From: Acidobacteriota bacterium
Lineage (GTDB): Bacteria > Acidobacteriota > Thermoanaerobaculia > UBA5066 > Gp7-AA6
Length of the DNA: 60,808 nucleotides
NCBI GenBank assembly: GCA_046725935.1
Contig: JBKOZO010000090.1
Span: forward strand, 1-60,808
Direction of reading: 5' to 3'
Below the pieces are notes generated by a model that searched no databases, was not told the DNA's origin, and worked only from the letters and a program-made list of their open reading frames with translations. Below are positions 45,743 through 55,198 of this stretch, one piece after another. Numbering within the stretch: position 1 is the stretch's first letter; the number at the start of each line of letters is the position of its first letter. The position numbers were made by a program, and so were the translations under genes.

Positions 45743-45930
45743 GGGTCTCCTTCCGTCATCCGAGAAATATGTTCCGCGAACCGGCCTCCGGCGCGTGGGG
45801 TCTCATCTCCAGAGATCGACGAGAAGGAGTGTGTCATGAGGCGTCGTCCAGCGTCGATCTATCTCCCGAAGATCGGTCCGGGCCGGAAGGTCGCTCGGCG
45901 AGATGGTGCTCGATTCCCGGAGGAGACCGG

Positions 45931-46815
45931 TCAAGAAGCCGCCGTTCCTCGGCCGCCTCCTTCCGCCGGTTTCGCCGCCGAGCGCAGCATTGCGACGGCC
46001 GCGTAGACGACGACCACGACGACGAGCCATCGCAGCCACGTCAAGGGCAGCGACTTGACGAAGAACGCGGCGAGGAAGACCGCGGGAATTCCGCCGAGCG
46101 CGAGACCGACGGCCGCCTTCAGAGCGTAGCTGTCCTTCTGGATGAAGCGCAGGCTTCCGATCGGCATCAGGAACGCGCAGGAGCCCATCATGATCGGAAA
46201 CGCCGCCCGGGGATTCATCCCCAGCAGGGCGACCAGGATCATGCAGGGCGCGTAGAGACCGATCCCGAGCGTCATCAGGGCGCCGAGCACGAAGTTGCCC
46301 GCGATGCCGAACCACAGGAGAGGCGAGTTGAGCTCCAGCGTGTCGCCGCCGGCGGGGAAGAGTCCCAAGTTGGTCATCGCGAAGAATGACGCGGCGGCGA
46401 TGAGCGCGATCCCCATTCCGACCTGGACGCGGCGCCGCGGCCACGACGCGACGGCGCCGGCACCCAGCCACGCGCCCGCCACCGACGCGGCGATCAGGCT
46501 CGCGAGCGTGGCCATGTCGACGGTCACGATCGCGATGAAGATGAAGGCCTGGGCGATCGTCGGAAGAGAGTGGCCGACGTTGAGCGTGCCCGGGATCTTC
46601 TCGTCGGGCACGAGCCGGTTGAGCTTGAACATCGACGTCGTCGGTGCGAAGGAACCGATCCCGAGCGTGTCGAAGAAGTTCGTGAGGAAACCGATCGCCA
46701 GCTGCATCGAACCCGGCCGCGAGTCACCGCGCCGCCGCAGGTCGCGGATCCAGATTACGAGAAACACGAGGCCGACCACACCCAGGGCCGCAAAGAGGGC
46801 CGCTTTCGCGTTCAC
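45931..46815 (-). CDS. Sulfite exporter TauE/SafE-like membrane protein
   Basis: [39 protein letters not shown]; about 8 TM. Confidence 0.8.
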   Translation of the reverse strand: MNAKAALFAALGVVGLVFLVIWIRDLRRRGDSRPGSMQLAIGFLTNFFDTLGIGSFAPTTSMFKLNRLVPDEKIPGTLNVGHSLPTIAQAFIFIAIVTVDMATLASLIAASVAGAWLGAGAVASWPRRRVQVGMGIALIAAASFFAMTNLGLFPAGGDTLELNSPLLWFGIAGNFVLGALMTLGIGLYAPCMILVALLGMNPRAAFPIMMGSCAFLMPIGSLRFIQKDSYALKAAVGLALGGIPAVFLAAFFVKSLPLTWLRWLVVVVVVYAAVAMLRSAAKPAEGGGRGTAAS

Positions 46816-46871
46816 GTGGCGCTGATCCTAACCGAGGCCCCCATTTCGCCAGCCTGCTAGAGTTCCGGCCC

Positions 46872-47975
46872 ATGAAAATCCGGCGAATCGCGGCCTTCCG
46901 GGTCGAGCTGCCGCTGCACGAAGGGAGCTACCGCTGGTCCGGCGGCAAGTCGGTCGCGGTCTTTGACTCGACACTCGTCCGGGTCGAGACGGACACGGGC
47001 CTCGTCGGCCATGGAGAAGTCTGCCCGCTCGGCCCCGCGTATCTGCCGGCCTACGCCGATGGCGTGCGCGCGGGGATCGCCGTGCTCGCGCCCCAGCTGA
47101 TCGGCGAGGATCCGACACAGCTCGAGCGCCTGAACCGCCGGATGGACGCGGCGCTGAAGGGACATCCGTACGTCAAGTCCGGAATCGACGTGGCGTGCTG
47201 GGACATCCTGGGCCAGGCCGCGAAGCTGCCCGTCTCAACCCTCCTCGGCGGCCGCTACGGAGAGGACTTCGTTCTCTATCGCGCGATCTCGCAGGAGGCG
47301 CCGGAGGAGATGGCGAAGAAGGTCGCCGGGTACAAGGGCGAGGGTTACCGGCGCTTCCAGCTCAAGGTCGGCGGCGACCCGAGTGTGGACGTCGAGCGGA
47401 TTCGCGCGGTGCGGGAGGTGCTCGCTCCGGACGACGTTCTCGTCGCCGACGCGAACACGGGATGGCTGCCGCATCAGGCGGCTCGGGTCGTGCGCGCCGT
47501 GCGCGACGTGGACGTGTACATCGAGCAACCCTGCGCCACCTACGAGGAGTGCCTGTCGGTGCGGCGCCGGACGGATCTTCCGTTCGTCCTCGACGAGACG
47601 ATCGATGGAATCGGCGTCCTGCTTCGCGCCGCGGGAGACCTCGCCATGGACGTCGTCAACCTCAAGATCTCCAAGCTCGGCGGCCTCACGAAGACACGCC
47701 AGGCGCGGGATCTCTGCGTCTCGCTGGGAATCGCGATGACGCTGGAGGACTCCTGGGGAGGAGACGTGACGACGGCGGCGATCGCGCACCTGGCACACTC
47801 GACTCCGCCCGAGCTGCTCTTTTCGGCGACCGACTTCAACAGTTACGTGACGGTCTCGACCGCCGAGGGCGCGCCCCGCCGCTCCCGCGGCCGCATGGCG
47901 GCGGCGACCGGGCCGGGCCTGGGAGTCGCGCCGCGGGAGGAGTTCCTGCGCAAAGCGGCCGTGGACGTGGGCTAA
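46872..47975 (+). CDS. Enolase superfamily enzyme, cis-3-hydroxy-L-proline dehydratase-like
   Basis: [56 protein letters not shown]. Confidence 0.8.
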   Translation: MKIRRIAAFRVELPLHEGSYRWSGGKSVAVFDSTLVRVETDTGLVGHGEVCPLGPAYLPAYADGVRAGIAVLAPQLIGEDPTQLERLNRRMDAALKGHPYVKSGIDVACWDILGQAAKLPVSTLLGGRYGEDFVLYRAISQEAPEEMAKKVAGYKGEGYRRFQLKVGGDPSVDVERIRAVREVLAPDDVLVADANTGWLPHQAARVVRAVRDVDVYIEQPCATYEECLSVRRRTDLPFVLDETIDGIGVLLRAAGDLAMDVVNLKISKLGGLTKTRQARDLCVSLGIAMTLEDSWGGDVTTAAIAHLAHSTPPELLFSATDFNSYVTVSTAEGAPRRSRGRMAAATGPGLGVAPREEFLRKAAVDVG

Positions 47976-48005
47976 GCCACGGACGTGGGCTAAGATCGGC
48001 GGTCC

Positions 48006-50063
48006 ATGTCGTCGAGCGAACCCACGCCGCTGCCACCCGAGGTCCAGCAGCTCATCGACGGGAAGAAGTTCGACGCGCTCGAGGCGCTCTGGACCCGAAA
48101 AGTCGAGGAGGGAGCCGAAGGGCTGCCGTTCTATTTCCGGGTGGCCGCGGCGGTCAAGAAGAAGGGTGCCGGCGCGCAGGCCCTCGCGTGGCTCCGCCTC
48201 CTGGCGGACTTCCATGCCGACGGCGACGGCGATGCGAGGATCAAGGTGCTCCTCGAGATCGCGCGCATGTCTCCCACGGACGCGGCGATCCGGAAAGACC
48301 TGTCGGCGGCGCTCAAGGCGCGATTCGCCGGCCACCCCGCGCTCGCGCCGGTCCTGGCGAAGTTCCCGGTGGAGGGCGCGGCCGACCCCTCGGAGTCGGC
48401 CGGAAAGATCGCGCGATGGCTCAAGTTCAATCCCGGCGAGATCTACTACCTTCCGGGACGGGGCGCCGGGCGCCTCGTCGAGATGAATCCGGCGCTGGAC
48501 GTGATGCGGCTGGAACTCGGCGGGACGAAGGTGCCTCTCTCGCTGGTCTCCGCGGAGAGGACGCTCGTGGCTCTGCCCGAGACCCACATCCTCCGAAAGA
48601 AGGTCGAGGATCCCGACGCGCTTTCGGTGCTGGCGCAGAAGGACCCGTCCGAGACGGTCCGCTGGCTCCTCGCGAGCTTCGGCCGTCCCATGACGGTCCA
48701 GGAGATCAAGACCGAGCTCGCCGGGACGGTCCCCGAGGCGCGCTGGTCGGCGTTCTGGACTGCGGCGCGAAAGCACCCCCAGCTCCTGGTCTCCGGGAGC
48801 GCGAAGTCCGCGAGCGTCACGTGGAGCGAGAGCGCCGGGGCCGCGGACGAGAGCGTGCGCCGCGCCTTCGAGGAGGCGGAGCCGGCGGCCAAGATCGACC
48901 TCGCGCGCAAGCACGCGAAGCGGTCGAAGGAGTTGGCGGGCTGGATGGCCGAGGGCCTCGCCGCCGAGGCGCAACGCGTCGGGAGCGCGCGGCCGGCGCT
49001 GGCGTGGGAGCTGTCGCAGGCGGCGGTGCGCCTGAAACCGGGGGCTCCCGAGGCCTTTCCCGCCGAGAAGCTCCTCGCCGCCGAGCCCCGCAAGATCATC
49101 TCCGAGATCCGTGACCAGCAGGCGCGGCAGAACGCCCTCGAGGCGGTGCGCGCTTCGCGGCCGGACTGGGCGGAGATCTTCGTCGAGCAGATCTCCCGCG
49201 AGGAGGACGCGCGCGTCCTGTCGATGCTCTTCGAGGCCCTCGGCGACCGGGCGGCGGACCTCTCGCGGCGCATCCTGCGTTCGCCGCGTTCGGCGCCGCG
49301 CGCTTTCCTATGGCTCTGCGAGCGCATCCACGCCGAGAACCGGGTCGAGTCGCCGGCGCTCTTTCTCGCGATCACCGACGCGCTGCGGATGGACGAGTTC
49401 TCCGGGCTGCGCGCGCGCCTGAAGGAGCTCTTCGAGCCCGGCGGCCTCGCCGTGTCGCTCGTCCGTTCGGCCGGATCCGAGGAAGAAGCCCGCGACCTGC
49501 TGCATGCGCTCGACCGCGTGGCGGGTCTCGAGGAGCACCGCCGCGCGACCGTCCGCGAGGCGCTGCTGATGAAGTTCCCGGAGCTGCGCGCTCCCGCCCG
49601 CGAGTACCTCTACGCGACGGCCGAGGCCGTGGAAGCCCGCCGCAAGGAGCTCGTGCAGTTGAAGCAGGTCGAGCTTCCGGCCAACGCCGAGGCGATGAAG
49701 GCGGCCAAGGAGCACGGAGACCTGTCGGAGAACTTCGAGTACCACGCCGCCCGGCAGAAGCACGAGTATCTGTCGGCGCGCATCGCGACGCTCGCCGACG
49801 AGCTGTCGCGGACGCGGATTCTGGATCCGACCCGCATCGACGCGACGGAAGTCCGGGTCGGGACGCGCGTGCGCCTGCGCGACGGCGCCGGCGCCGAGCG
49901 CGACGTCACGATCCTCGGGCCCTGGGACTCGAAGCCTGAGGAGGCGGTCTACTCCTACCAGTCGGAGTTCGCCCAGCGCCTCCTCGGCGCGCGCGTGGGC
50001 GACCGCGTGCACCTTTCCGAAGGACCCATCGAGATCGCCGCCATCGCGCCGTGGAGATCGTGA
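48006..50063 (+). CDS. greA: GreA/GreB elongation factor with ~520-aa N-terminal extension
   Basis: C-terminal AKEHGDLSENFEYHAAR, VRVGTRV, ILGPWDS, SYQSEFAQRLLG. Confidence 0.88.
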   Translation: MSSSEPTPLPPEVQQLIDGKKFDALEALWTRKVEEGAEGLPFYFRVAAAVKKKGAGAQALAWLRLLADFHADGDGDARIKVLLEIARMSPTDAAIRKDLSAALKARFAGHPALAPVLAKFPVEGAADPSESAGKIARWLKFNPGEIYYLPGRGAGRLVEMNPALDVMRLELGGTKVPLSLVSAERTLVALPETHILRKKVEDPDALSVLAQKDPSETVRWLLASFGRPMTVQEIKTELAGTVPEARWSAFWTAARKHPQLLVSGSAKSASVTWSESAGAADESVRRAFEEAEPAAKIDLARKHAKRSKELAGWMAEGLAAEAQRVGSARPALAWELSQAAVRLKPGAPEAFPAEKLLAAEPRKIISEIRDQQARQNALEAVRASRPDWAEIFVEQISREEDARVLSMLFEALGDRAADLSRRILRSPRSAPRAFLWLCERIHAENRVESPALFLAITDALRMDEFSGLRARLKELFEPGGLAVSLVRSAGSEEEARDLLHALDRVAGLEEHRRATVREALLMKFPELRAPAREYLYATAEAVEARRKELVQLKQVELPANAEAMKAAKEHGDLSENFEYHAARQKHEYLSARIATLADELSRTRILDPTRIDATEVRVGTRVRLRDGAGAERDVTILGPWDSKPEEAVYSYQSEFAQRLLGARVGDRVHLSEGPIEIAAIAPWRS

Positions 50064-51280
50064 AGCGCCGAGCGAAGGCGCGATCTCTCGTCCTGGCAGC
50101 GCTTCTGGCTTCGCCGGCGTTCGCCGAAGACATCCTCAAGCTCCCGATCGGGGACCCGGCGCGCCGCGATCGGACCGTGCCGGTCGTGCTCGACGCGATC
50201 GCGGACGCCGGGAGCGGCGTCGCGATCACGCCCGCGGAGCTGCCCTCCCGGCTCAACGGCGTGCGGCTCCTCCTCGTCGGCGAGGAGCACACGAGCCTGG
50301 ACTCGCACCGCGTCGAGCTCGCCGTGCTCGAGGCGCTCGTGAGGTCGGGGCGCAAGGTCACCGTCGCGCTCGAGATGTTCCCGTACACCGAGCAGAAGCT
50401 CCTCGACGACTGGAGCAGCGGCCGCGTGTCCGAGGAGGAATTTCTGCGTCCGGGGGGCTGGTACAAGAGCTGGGGCTACAACTGGCTCTACTATCGCGAC
50501 GTCTTTCTCTTCGCGCGGGACCGGCGCCTTCCGATGGTCGCCGTCAACGCGCCGCGCGAGGTCGTCTCCTCCGTCCGCAAGAAGGGGTTTCAGGGACTGA
50601 CACCCGAAGAGGCGGCGCACATCCCGTCGAAGATCGACACCGAGAGTCCCGAGCACCTGCGTCTCTTCAAGGCATCGTTCGACGACGAGAGCTTCCACGC
50701 CTCGATGGACGAGGAAGGCTGGAAGGCCATGCTCGCCGCCCAGTGCACCTGGGACGCCACGATGGGCTTCCAGGCCGTGAAGTCCGTGTCCGGGAACCCG
50801 GACCCGAAGGCGATCGTGGTCCTGCTCGTCGGAGCGGGACACGTGCAGTACGGCCTCGGCATCGAGCGCCAGGTCCGCGCCCAGGGGCCGGTCCCGACGG
50901 CGTCGGTGATTCCGGTCGCAGTCCGCGACGACAAGGGAAAGACGGTCGCCAGCGTGCAGGCGTCGTACGCGAACTTCGTCTGGGGTGTGCCGGCGGAAGC
51001 CGATCCGATCTACCCCGATCTCGGCGTTTCGACGCGGCCGCGCCCGGAGGAGTCGCTGCTGGAAGTCATCCACGTCGAGAAGGACTCGCCGGCCGAGCGG
51101 GCGGGTCTCAAAGAGAAGGACCTGCTGGTCTCCGTCGACGGGACCCCACTTCCGGACCGCGAGGCCCTGTCGCGCGCCGTGGCCGGGAAACGCTGGGGAG
51201 ACGCCGCCGTCTTCGCGGTCCGGCGCGGCGCGGAGAACACGACGGTGACGGTGCTGTTGCGACGGAAGGCTACGGACTAG
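50060..51280 (+). CDS. ChaN/PhuW-like (cofactor/heme-binding) protein with C-terminal PDZ
   Basis: LLVGEEH, VALEMF, NAPR, AQCTWDATM, GAGHVQYG; PDZ-like SPAERAGLKEKD. Confidence 0.85.
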   Translation: MKRRAKARSLVLAALLASPAFAEDILKLPIGDPARRDRTVPVVLDAIADAGSGVAITPAELPSRLNGVRLLLVGEEHTSLDSHRVELAVLEALVRSGRKVTVALEMFPYTEQKLLDDWSSGRVSEEEFLRPGGWYKSWGYNWLYYRDVFLFARDRRLPMVAVNAPREVVSSVRKKGFQGLTPEEAAHIPSKIDTESPEHLRLFKASFDDESFHASMDEEGWKAMLAAQCTWDATMGFQAVKSVSGNPDPKAIVVLLVGAGHVQYGLGIERQVRAQGPVPTASVIPVAVRDDKGKTVASVQASYANFVWGVPAEADPIYPDLGVSTRPRPEESLLEVIHVEKDSPAERAGLKEKDLLVSVDGTPLPDREALSRAVAGKRWGDAAVFAVRRGAENTTVTVLLRRKATD

Positions 51281-51629
51281 CGTCAAGAGGCCGTTTGCCC
51301 GGCGAGTACTTGAGGACACGGGCCTTCTCGATCGTCACCAGGCCTTCCGAGACCATCTCGTCGAGGGTGGGAAGGAGTGCGTCCACGTGCGCCTGCGTAT
51401 CCACGATCTCGATGACCAGCGGGAGGTCCTGCGAGAGTCGCTCGAGCAAAGTCGTGTGGAGCACGCTGCGCGCCCCGAAGCCGCCGATACCACGGAAGAC
51501 GGTCGCACCCGCGTAGCCGTCCTTGCGCAGGCGCCGCAGCAACGCCATCCAGAGAGGCTGGTGGTGCCACTGGTCCGACTCGCCGATGAAGATGCGGACC
51601 AGAACCTGTTCGCCGTCGAGGATGCGCAT
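51270..51629 (-). CDS. DUF190 family protein (PII-like)
   Basis: RIFIGESD, GATVFRGIGGFG, LSQDLPLVIEIVD; ATG at 51629 with AGGAGG. Confidence 0.92.
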   Translation of the reverse strand: MRILDGEQVLVRIFIGESDQWHHQPLWMALLRRLRKDGYAGATVFRGIGGFGARSVLHTTLLERLSQDLPLVIEIVDTQAHVDALLPTLDEMVSEGLVTIEKARVLKYSPGKRPLDASP

Positions 51630-51637
51630 GCCGCCTC

Positions 51638-52021
51638 CTATCCGCCGAAGATCGAGCGGCCGAGCGCGAGGCCGGCGAGACCCGCGGCGAGACAGCCGAG
51701 CAATGTCGCCAGCACGTTCGCGAGCGCGACCGGCCAGGAGCCGTCCTGGGCGTAGCGGATCGTCTCGTAGTTGAACGTCGAATAGGTCGTGAAGCCGCCC
51801 ATCACGCCGGTCGTCAGCGTCAGCCGCAGTGTAGGGGAGAGGATGGGCGTGGCGATTCCGACCTGCATCAACAGGCCGAGCAGGAAAGATCCGATCACGT
51901 TCACCGCCAGCGTGCCCCACGGAAACGCGGGCCCGAATGCAACGAGTGTCCATCCGGACAGAAGGTACCGGGCGCCGGTTCCGGCGGCGCCGCCGAGGCA
52001 AATCCAGAGGAATCGCGACAT
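51638..52021 (-). CDS. crcB: Fluoride efflux channel CrcB/Fluc
   Basis: GGAAGTGARY, FPWGTLAVNVIGSF, TGVMGGFTTYSTFNYE. Confidence 0.95.
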   Translation of the reverse strand: MSRFLWICLGGAAGTGARYLLSGWTLVAFGPAFPWGTLAVNVIGSFLLGLLMQVGIATPILSPTLRLTLTTGVMGGFTTYSTFNYETIRYAQDGSWPVALANVLATLLGCLAAGLAGLALGRSIFGG

Positions 52022-52051
52022 CTCGAGCCTTTCCCGGTGCCGCCGTTCGAC

Positions 52052-52083
52052 AAAAAACTCCTACGGCGCGACACCGTAGGAGT
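52052..52083 (-). terminator. Riboswitch expression-platform terminator
   Basis: ACTCCTACGG/CCGTAGGAGT stem plus U-tract; the 5' arm overlaps the aptamer 3' end. Confidence 0.9.
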
Positions 52084-52127
52084 CATTGGCTGGCGCGCAG
52101 CCAGCGGTTTCGGCGGACTCCACCGCC
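52076..52127 (-). ncRNA. Fluoride riboswitch (crcB motif)
   Basis: GGCGGUGGAGUCCGCC-GAAACCGC-hairpin-GCCAAUGACUCCUAC matches the fluoride riboswitch consensus; sits directly upstream of crcB. Confidence 0.92.
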
Positions 52128-52140
52128 TTCTGTCGCGGGG

Positions 52141-52149
52141 AGCCTATCA
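52141..52149 (-). promoter_or_regulatory. Extended -10 promoter of the riboswitch-crcB unit
   Basis: TG-A-TAGGCT, 13 nt upstream of the aptamer. Confidence 0.55.
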
Positions 52150-52172
52150 CCCACCGGGGTCGGCGGCGGTCG

Positions 52173-53087
52173 TCATCGTGGCAGGCTCGCCAGGCACGCC
52201 TCGGCGATGAAGAGGTCCTCGGCGCCGAGGCCGGTGAAGTCGGCGACGGTCATGCCCTCGCGGTCGTAGGCGCGGGGCGACGCGCAGAACGCACCGATCT
52301 CGACGGCGCGCGCCTTCTCGGAGAGCGCGTGCTGGAGCTCGCCGAGCTTCTCGCACTGCGCGAGCGAATCCACCAGCAGGAGCGCCGCGCGGCGGAGGAT
52401 CTCGGGATCGAGCTCCTGCTTGCCGGGAGAGTCAGCGCCCACGGCCGAGACGTGCGTGCCCGAGGAAACGTCTCCGGCACGGAGCAGAGGCTCGCGAGAT
52501 GCCGTCGCGGTCACGATCAGACGCGCCCGCGCGGCGACTTCGGCGGGCGTCGCGAGGGCCGCGACGCGCACTCCGGGAAGCCGCACGGAAATCTCGCGGA
52601 CGCACGCGGCGGCGCGCTCGGGGTTGCGTCCCCAGACGAGGATCTCGGAGAGAGGCAGAACTCCGGCGTGGAGCTCTGCCTGGAGGCGCGCCTGGATCCC
52701 GGTGCCGAGGATCCCGAGAACCGGGTCTCTGCGTCCGAGCTCGCGGGCCGTCATCGCGGAGACGGCCGCCGTGCGCAGGTCCGTCAAGTGTCCGCCGTCG
52801 TCGAAATACGCGGCGGTCTCGCCCGTTTCCGCCGAGACGAGCATGACCATGCCGTAGGCCCGGGTGGCGAACGTGCCCGCCATCTTCAGGGCGAAGTGTC
52901 GGCCTCCTTTTCGGAAGCTCGACTTCATGTGCACCTCGCCCCCCTGGTCCTGGGCGAGATAGAGGTGCATGGGCATCGGCGTCTCGCACTCGCCCCGCGA
53001 GTACGCGATCACGGCCTCCCGCATCGCGTCGATCGCGGCGGCGGGAGAGACCGCGCGCCGGATCTCCTCGATGCCGACGGTCCTCAT
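52173..53087 (-). CDS. Ornithine cyclodeaminase/mu-crystallin family protein
   Basis: LTDLRTAAVSA, GTGIQARLQ, IVTATAS, HVSAVGAD, DFTGLGAED. Confidence 0.9.
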   Translation of the reverse strand: MRTVGIEEIRRAVSPAAAIDAMREAVIAYSRGECETPMPMHLYLAQDQGGEVHMKSSFRKGGRHFALKMAGTFATRAYGMVMLVSAETGETAAYFDDGGHLTDLRTAAVSAMTARELGRRDPVLGILGTGIQARLQAELHAGVLPLSEILVWGRNPERAAACVREISVRLPGVRVAALATPAEVAARARLIVTATASREPLLRAGDVSSGTHVSAVGADSPGKQELDPEILRRAALLLVDSLAQCEKLGELQHALSEKARAVEIGAFCASPRAYDREGMTVADFTGLGAEDLFIAEACLASLPR

Positions 53088-54049
53088 GCGGCGAGGATCC
53101 GCCGGAGCGTCGGGAGCGCGACGTTGCGCCCCGAGATGACGGCGACGGCCGGCGAGGTCAGCCTCCCGGCCTTTCCCGTCAGGATCGCCGCGACCGTGAC
53201 GGCAGAGGAGGGCTCGATGACGTACTGGTGCGCGTCGAGCACGAAGCGCACCGCGTCGAAGATCTCCGCCTCGGTCAGGAGAGCCACCCCGTCGATGCGC
53301 GACTTGAGCACCTCGAAGCCGGTCTTTCCGATTCCGCCCTCGAGGCCGCCGGCGGTGGTCTCGATCGGCGGAAGCGTCAGGACGGCCTCGCCTCGCTCGA
53401 GCGACAGGGCGAGGGCGGGCGAAAGCGCGTGCTGGCAGCCGATCACGCGCGAGTTCGGAACGGCCGTCTTCGCGTAGTACGCAAATCCGCCGGCCAGGCC
53501 CGCGCCGCCGACGGGCAGGAGGAAGGTCCGCGCGTCGGGTGCCTCGTCGAGAACCTCGGCCGCGAGCGTGCCGCCGTTGGCCGCCAGGATCACGTCGTCG
53601 TCGAACGCCGTCAGGTAGGGACGTCCCTCCCGCGCGGCCTGCGCCTTCGCCAGCTTCTCGGTGTCGTCGAAGCCGTCGAACTCGCTGCGCAGGACTTCGG
53701 CGCCGAGCGCGAGCATTCCGCGGTACTTGGACTCGTCGACGCTTCTCGGAACGTGGATCGTGGCTTTCAGGCCCAGCTCCCGCGCAACGTAGGCCACGGC
53801 CTTGCCATGGTTGCCGGCGGAGCAGGTGACGACGCCGCGCGCGCTCTCGTCGTCCGAGAGGCGGCTCATCGCGAAGAAGGCGCCGCGCAGCTTGAAGGAG
53901 CCGGTGGTCTGAAGCGACTCGAGCTTGAGCGACACGGGAACACCGGCGATTTCCGCGAGACGAAGCGAGGGCTCGAGGGGCGTACGCCGGATGCGCCCGT
54001 CCAGCGCCCGGCGCGCTTCCAGAATCAGAGCCATGTCGAGAGCGGGCAC
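53084..54049 (-). CDS. PLP-dependent Ser/Thr dehydratase family protein
   Basis: KLESLQTTGSFKLRGA, SAGNHG, PVGGAGL, SGRNV. Confidence 0.92.
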   Translation of the reverse strand: MPALDMALILEARRALDGRIRRTPLEPSLRLAEIAGVPVSLKLESLQTTGSFKLRGAFFAMSRLSDDESARGVVTCSAGNHGKAVAYVARELGLKATIHVPRSVDESKYRGMLALGAEVLRSEFDGFDDTEKLAKAQAAREGRPYLTAFDDDVILAANGGTLAAEVLDEAPDARTFLLPVGGAGLAGGFAYYAKTAVPNSRVIGCQHALSPALALSLERGEAVLTLPPIETTAGGLEGGIGKTGFEVLKSRIDGVALLTEAEIFDAVRFVLDAHQYVIEPSSAVTVAAILTGKAGRLTSPAVAVISGRNVALPTLRRILAA

Positions 54050-54053
54050 GGCG

Positions 54054-54815
54054 TCACTCTACTCCGAGGACCGCCGCGATCTGCCCGCGCACCTTCTCCG
54101 CCAGAGCCGGTGCGTCGGCCGCACCGAGGCCGGCGGTCGAGACCGGCGGGAGCACGGTGACCGAGGCGCTGGTCCTCCGGAAGCGCAGCGAGTGTTTCGG
54201 CAGCGCCGTCTCGGTGCCGCGGATCGCCAGGGGCACGACGTCCACGCCGAGCTCGATCGCGAGCCGGAACGCGCCGTCGCGAAACGGGCCCAGCGTCCCT
54301 TCGGCGCTGCGCGTCCCCTCGGGGAACACGATCACCGAGTTCTTCGCGAGGAGGCGCTCCCGCATCTGCCCGAGGGCCCGCCGCGCGCTCTCCTTGTCGC
54401 CGCGCTCGAGGGGGATGTCGCCGGCCACCCGCATCTGCCAACCGAGCAGGGGAATCTTGAAGATCGAGTCCTTGGAGAGGAACTTCATTTCCCACGGCAG
54501 CATCGCCAAGAGGAAGACGTCCGCCAGCGACTTGTGGTTGCAGACGAAGAGATACGGCCGCCGGGCGTCCGGATGGACCCCGTCGATGACCCGGAAGTCC
54601 CAGAACGGATTGATCCGCGCGGCGAACGCCGCGGAGGAGTGCATGAGCCGGCCGACGCGGTACCGGTTCGGATCCGAGCGGCGCGTGAAGAGGCGAAACA
54701 GGGCGACGACCGGCGTCCAGGCGATGACGATGGCGACGTCGCTCGCCCAGAGCAGGGCCGATAACGGCGTAGCGACGAGCGGGTTGTCGAGGAGGGTCCG
54801 GCGCGGCTCGGCCAC
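54054..54815 (-). CDS. Lysophospholipid acyltransferase (PlsC family)
   Basis: NHKSLAD, FPEGTRS, GAFRLA, VVPLAI. Confidence 0.92.
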   Translation of the reverse strand: MAEPRRTLLDNPLVATPLSALLWASDVAIVIAWTPVVALFRLFTRRSDPNRYRVGRLMHSSAAFAARINPFWDFRVIDGVHPDARRPYLFVCNHKSLADVFLLAMLPWEMKFLSKDSIFKIPLLGWQMRVAGDIPLERGDKESARRALGQMRERLLAKNSVIVFPEGTRSAEGTLGPFRDGAFRLAIELGVDVVPLAIRGTETALPKHSLRFRRTSASVTVLPPVSTAGLGAADAPALAEKVRGQIAAVLGVE

Positions 54816-54838
54816 CGATCGTCAGACTGGCCGCGTCG

Positions 54839-55102
54839 TCAGACGAACGCCTCGTCGGGGTAACACCAGCGCCAGTCCTCGCCACGCTCGAAGGACTGGA
54901 TGATCGGGTGGCCGACCCCCGCCCAGTGCTTGCGCGCGTGCTTGTTCTTCGAGGAGTCGCAGCAGCCGACGTGGCCGCACGTCAGGCACAGGCGCAGATG
55001 GACCCAGGTGTCTCCGATCTTGAGGCACTCTTCGCAGCCGCGGGAATGGGGTTTGACGTCGTGAATGGCCGACAGGTGCGTGCAGGCTCTTTCCATCTCC
55101 AT
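54839..55102 (-). CDS. UBP-type zinc finger protein
   Basis: CEECLK, HLRLCLTCGHVGCCDSS, HARKH, WRWCY. Confidence 0.93.
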   Translation of the reverse strand: MEMERACTHLSAIHDVKPHSRGCEECLKIGDTWVHLRLCLTCGHVGCCDSSKNKHARKHWAGVGHPIIQSFERGEDWRWCYPDEAFV

Positions 55103-55123
55103 GGCGAACCCAGTCTATAGCTG

Positions 55124-55198
55124 GGTTTCAAGTTCCAAGTTCCAGGTTTCAAGTGACCCGATCCAAACCTGGAACCTGGAACCTGCAACTCCGAAACT
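55124..55198. repeat. Inverted array of heptamer repeats
   Basis: (RGTTYCA)x4, a spacer, then a reverse-complement TGGAACC/TGCAACT array. Confidence 0.8.

Noticed and set aside
45836-46006. 56-aa plus-strand ORF with an AAGGAG RBS
   Set aside because: Overlaps the TauE gene 3' end in antisense and has no motif; a microprotein is possible but unsupported.
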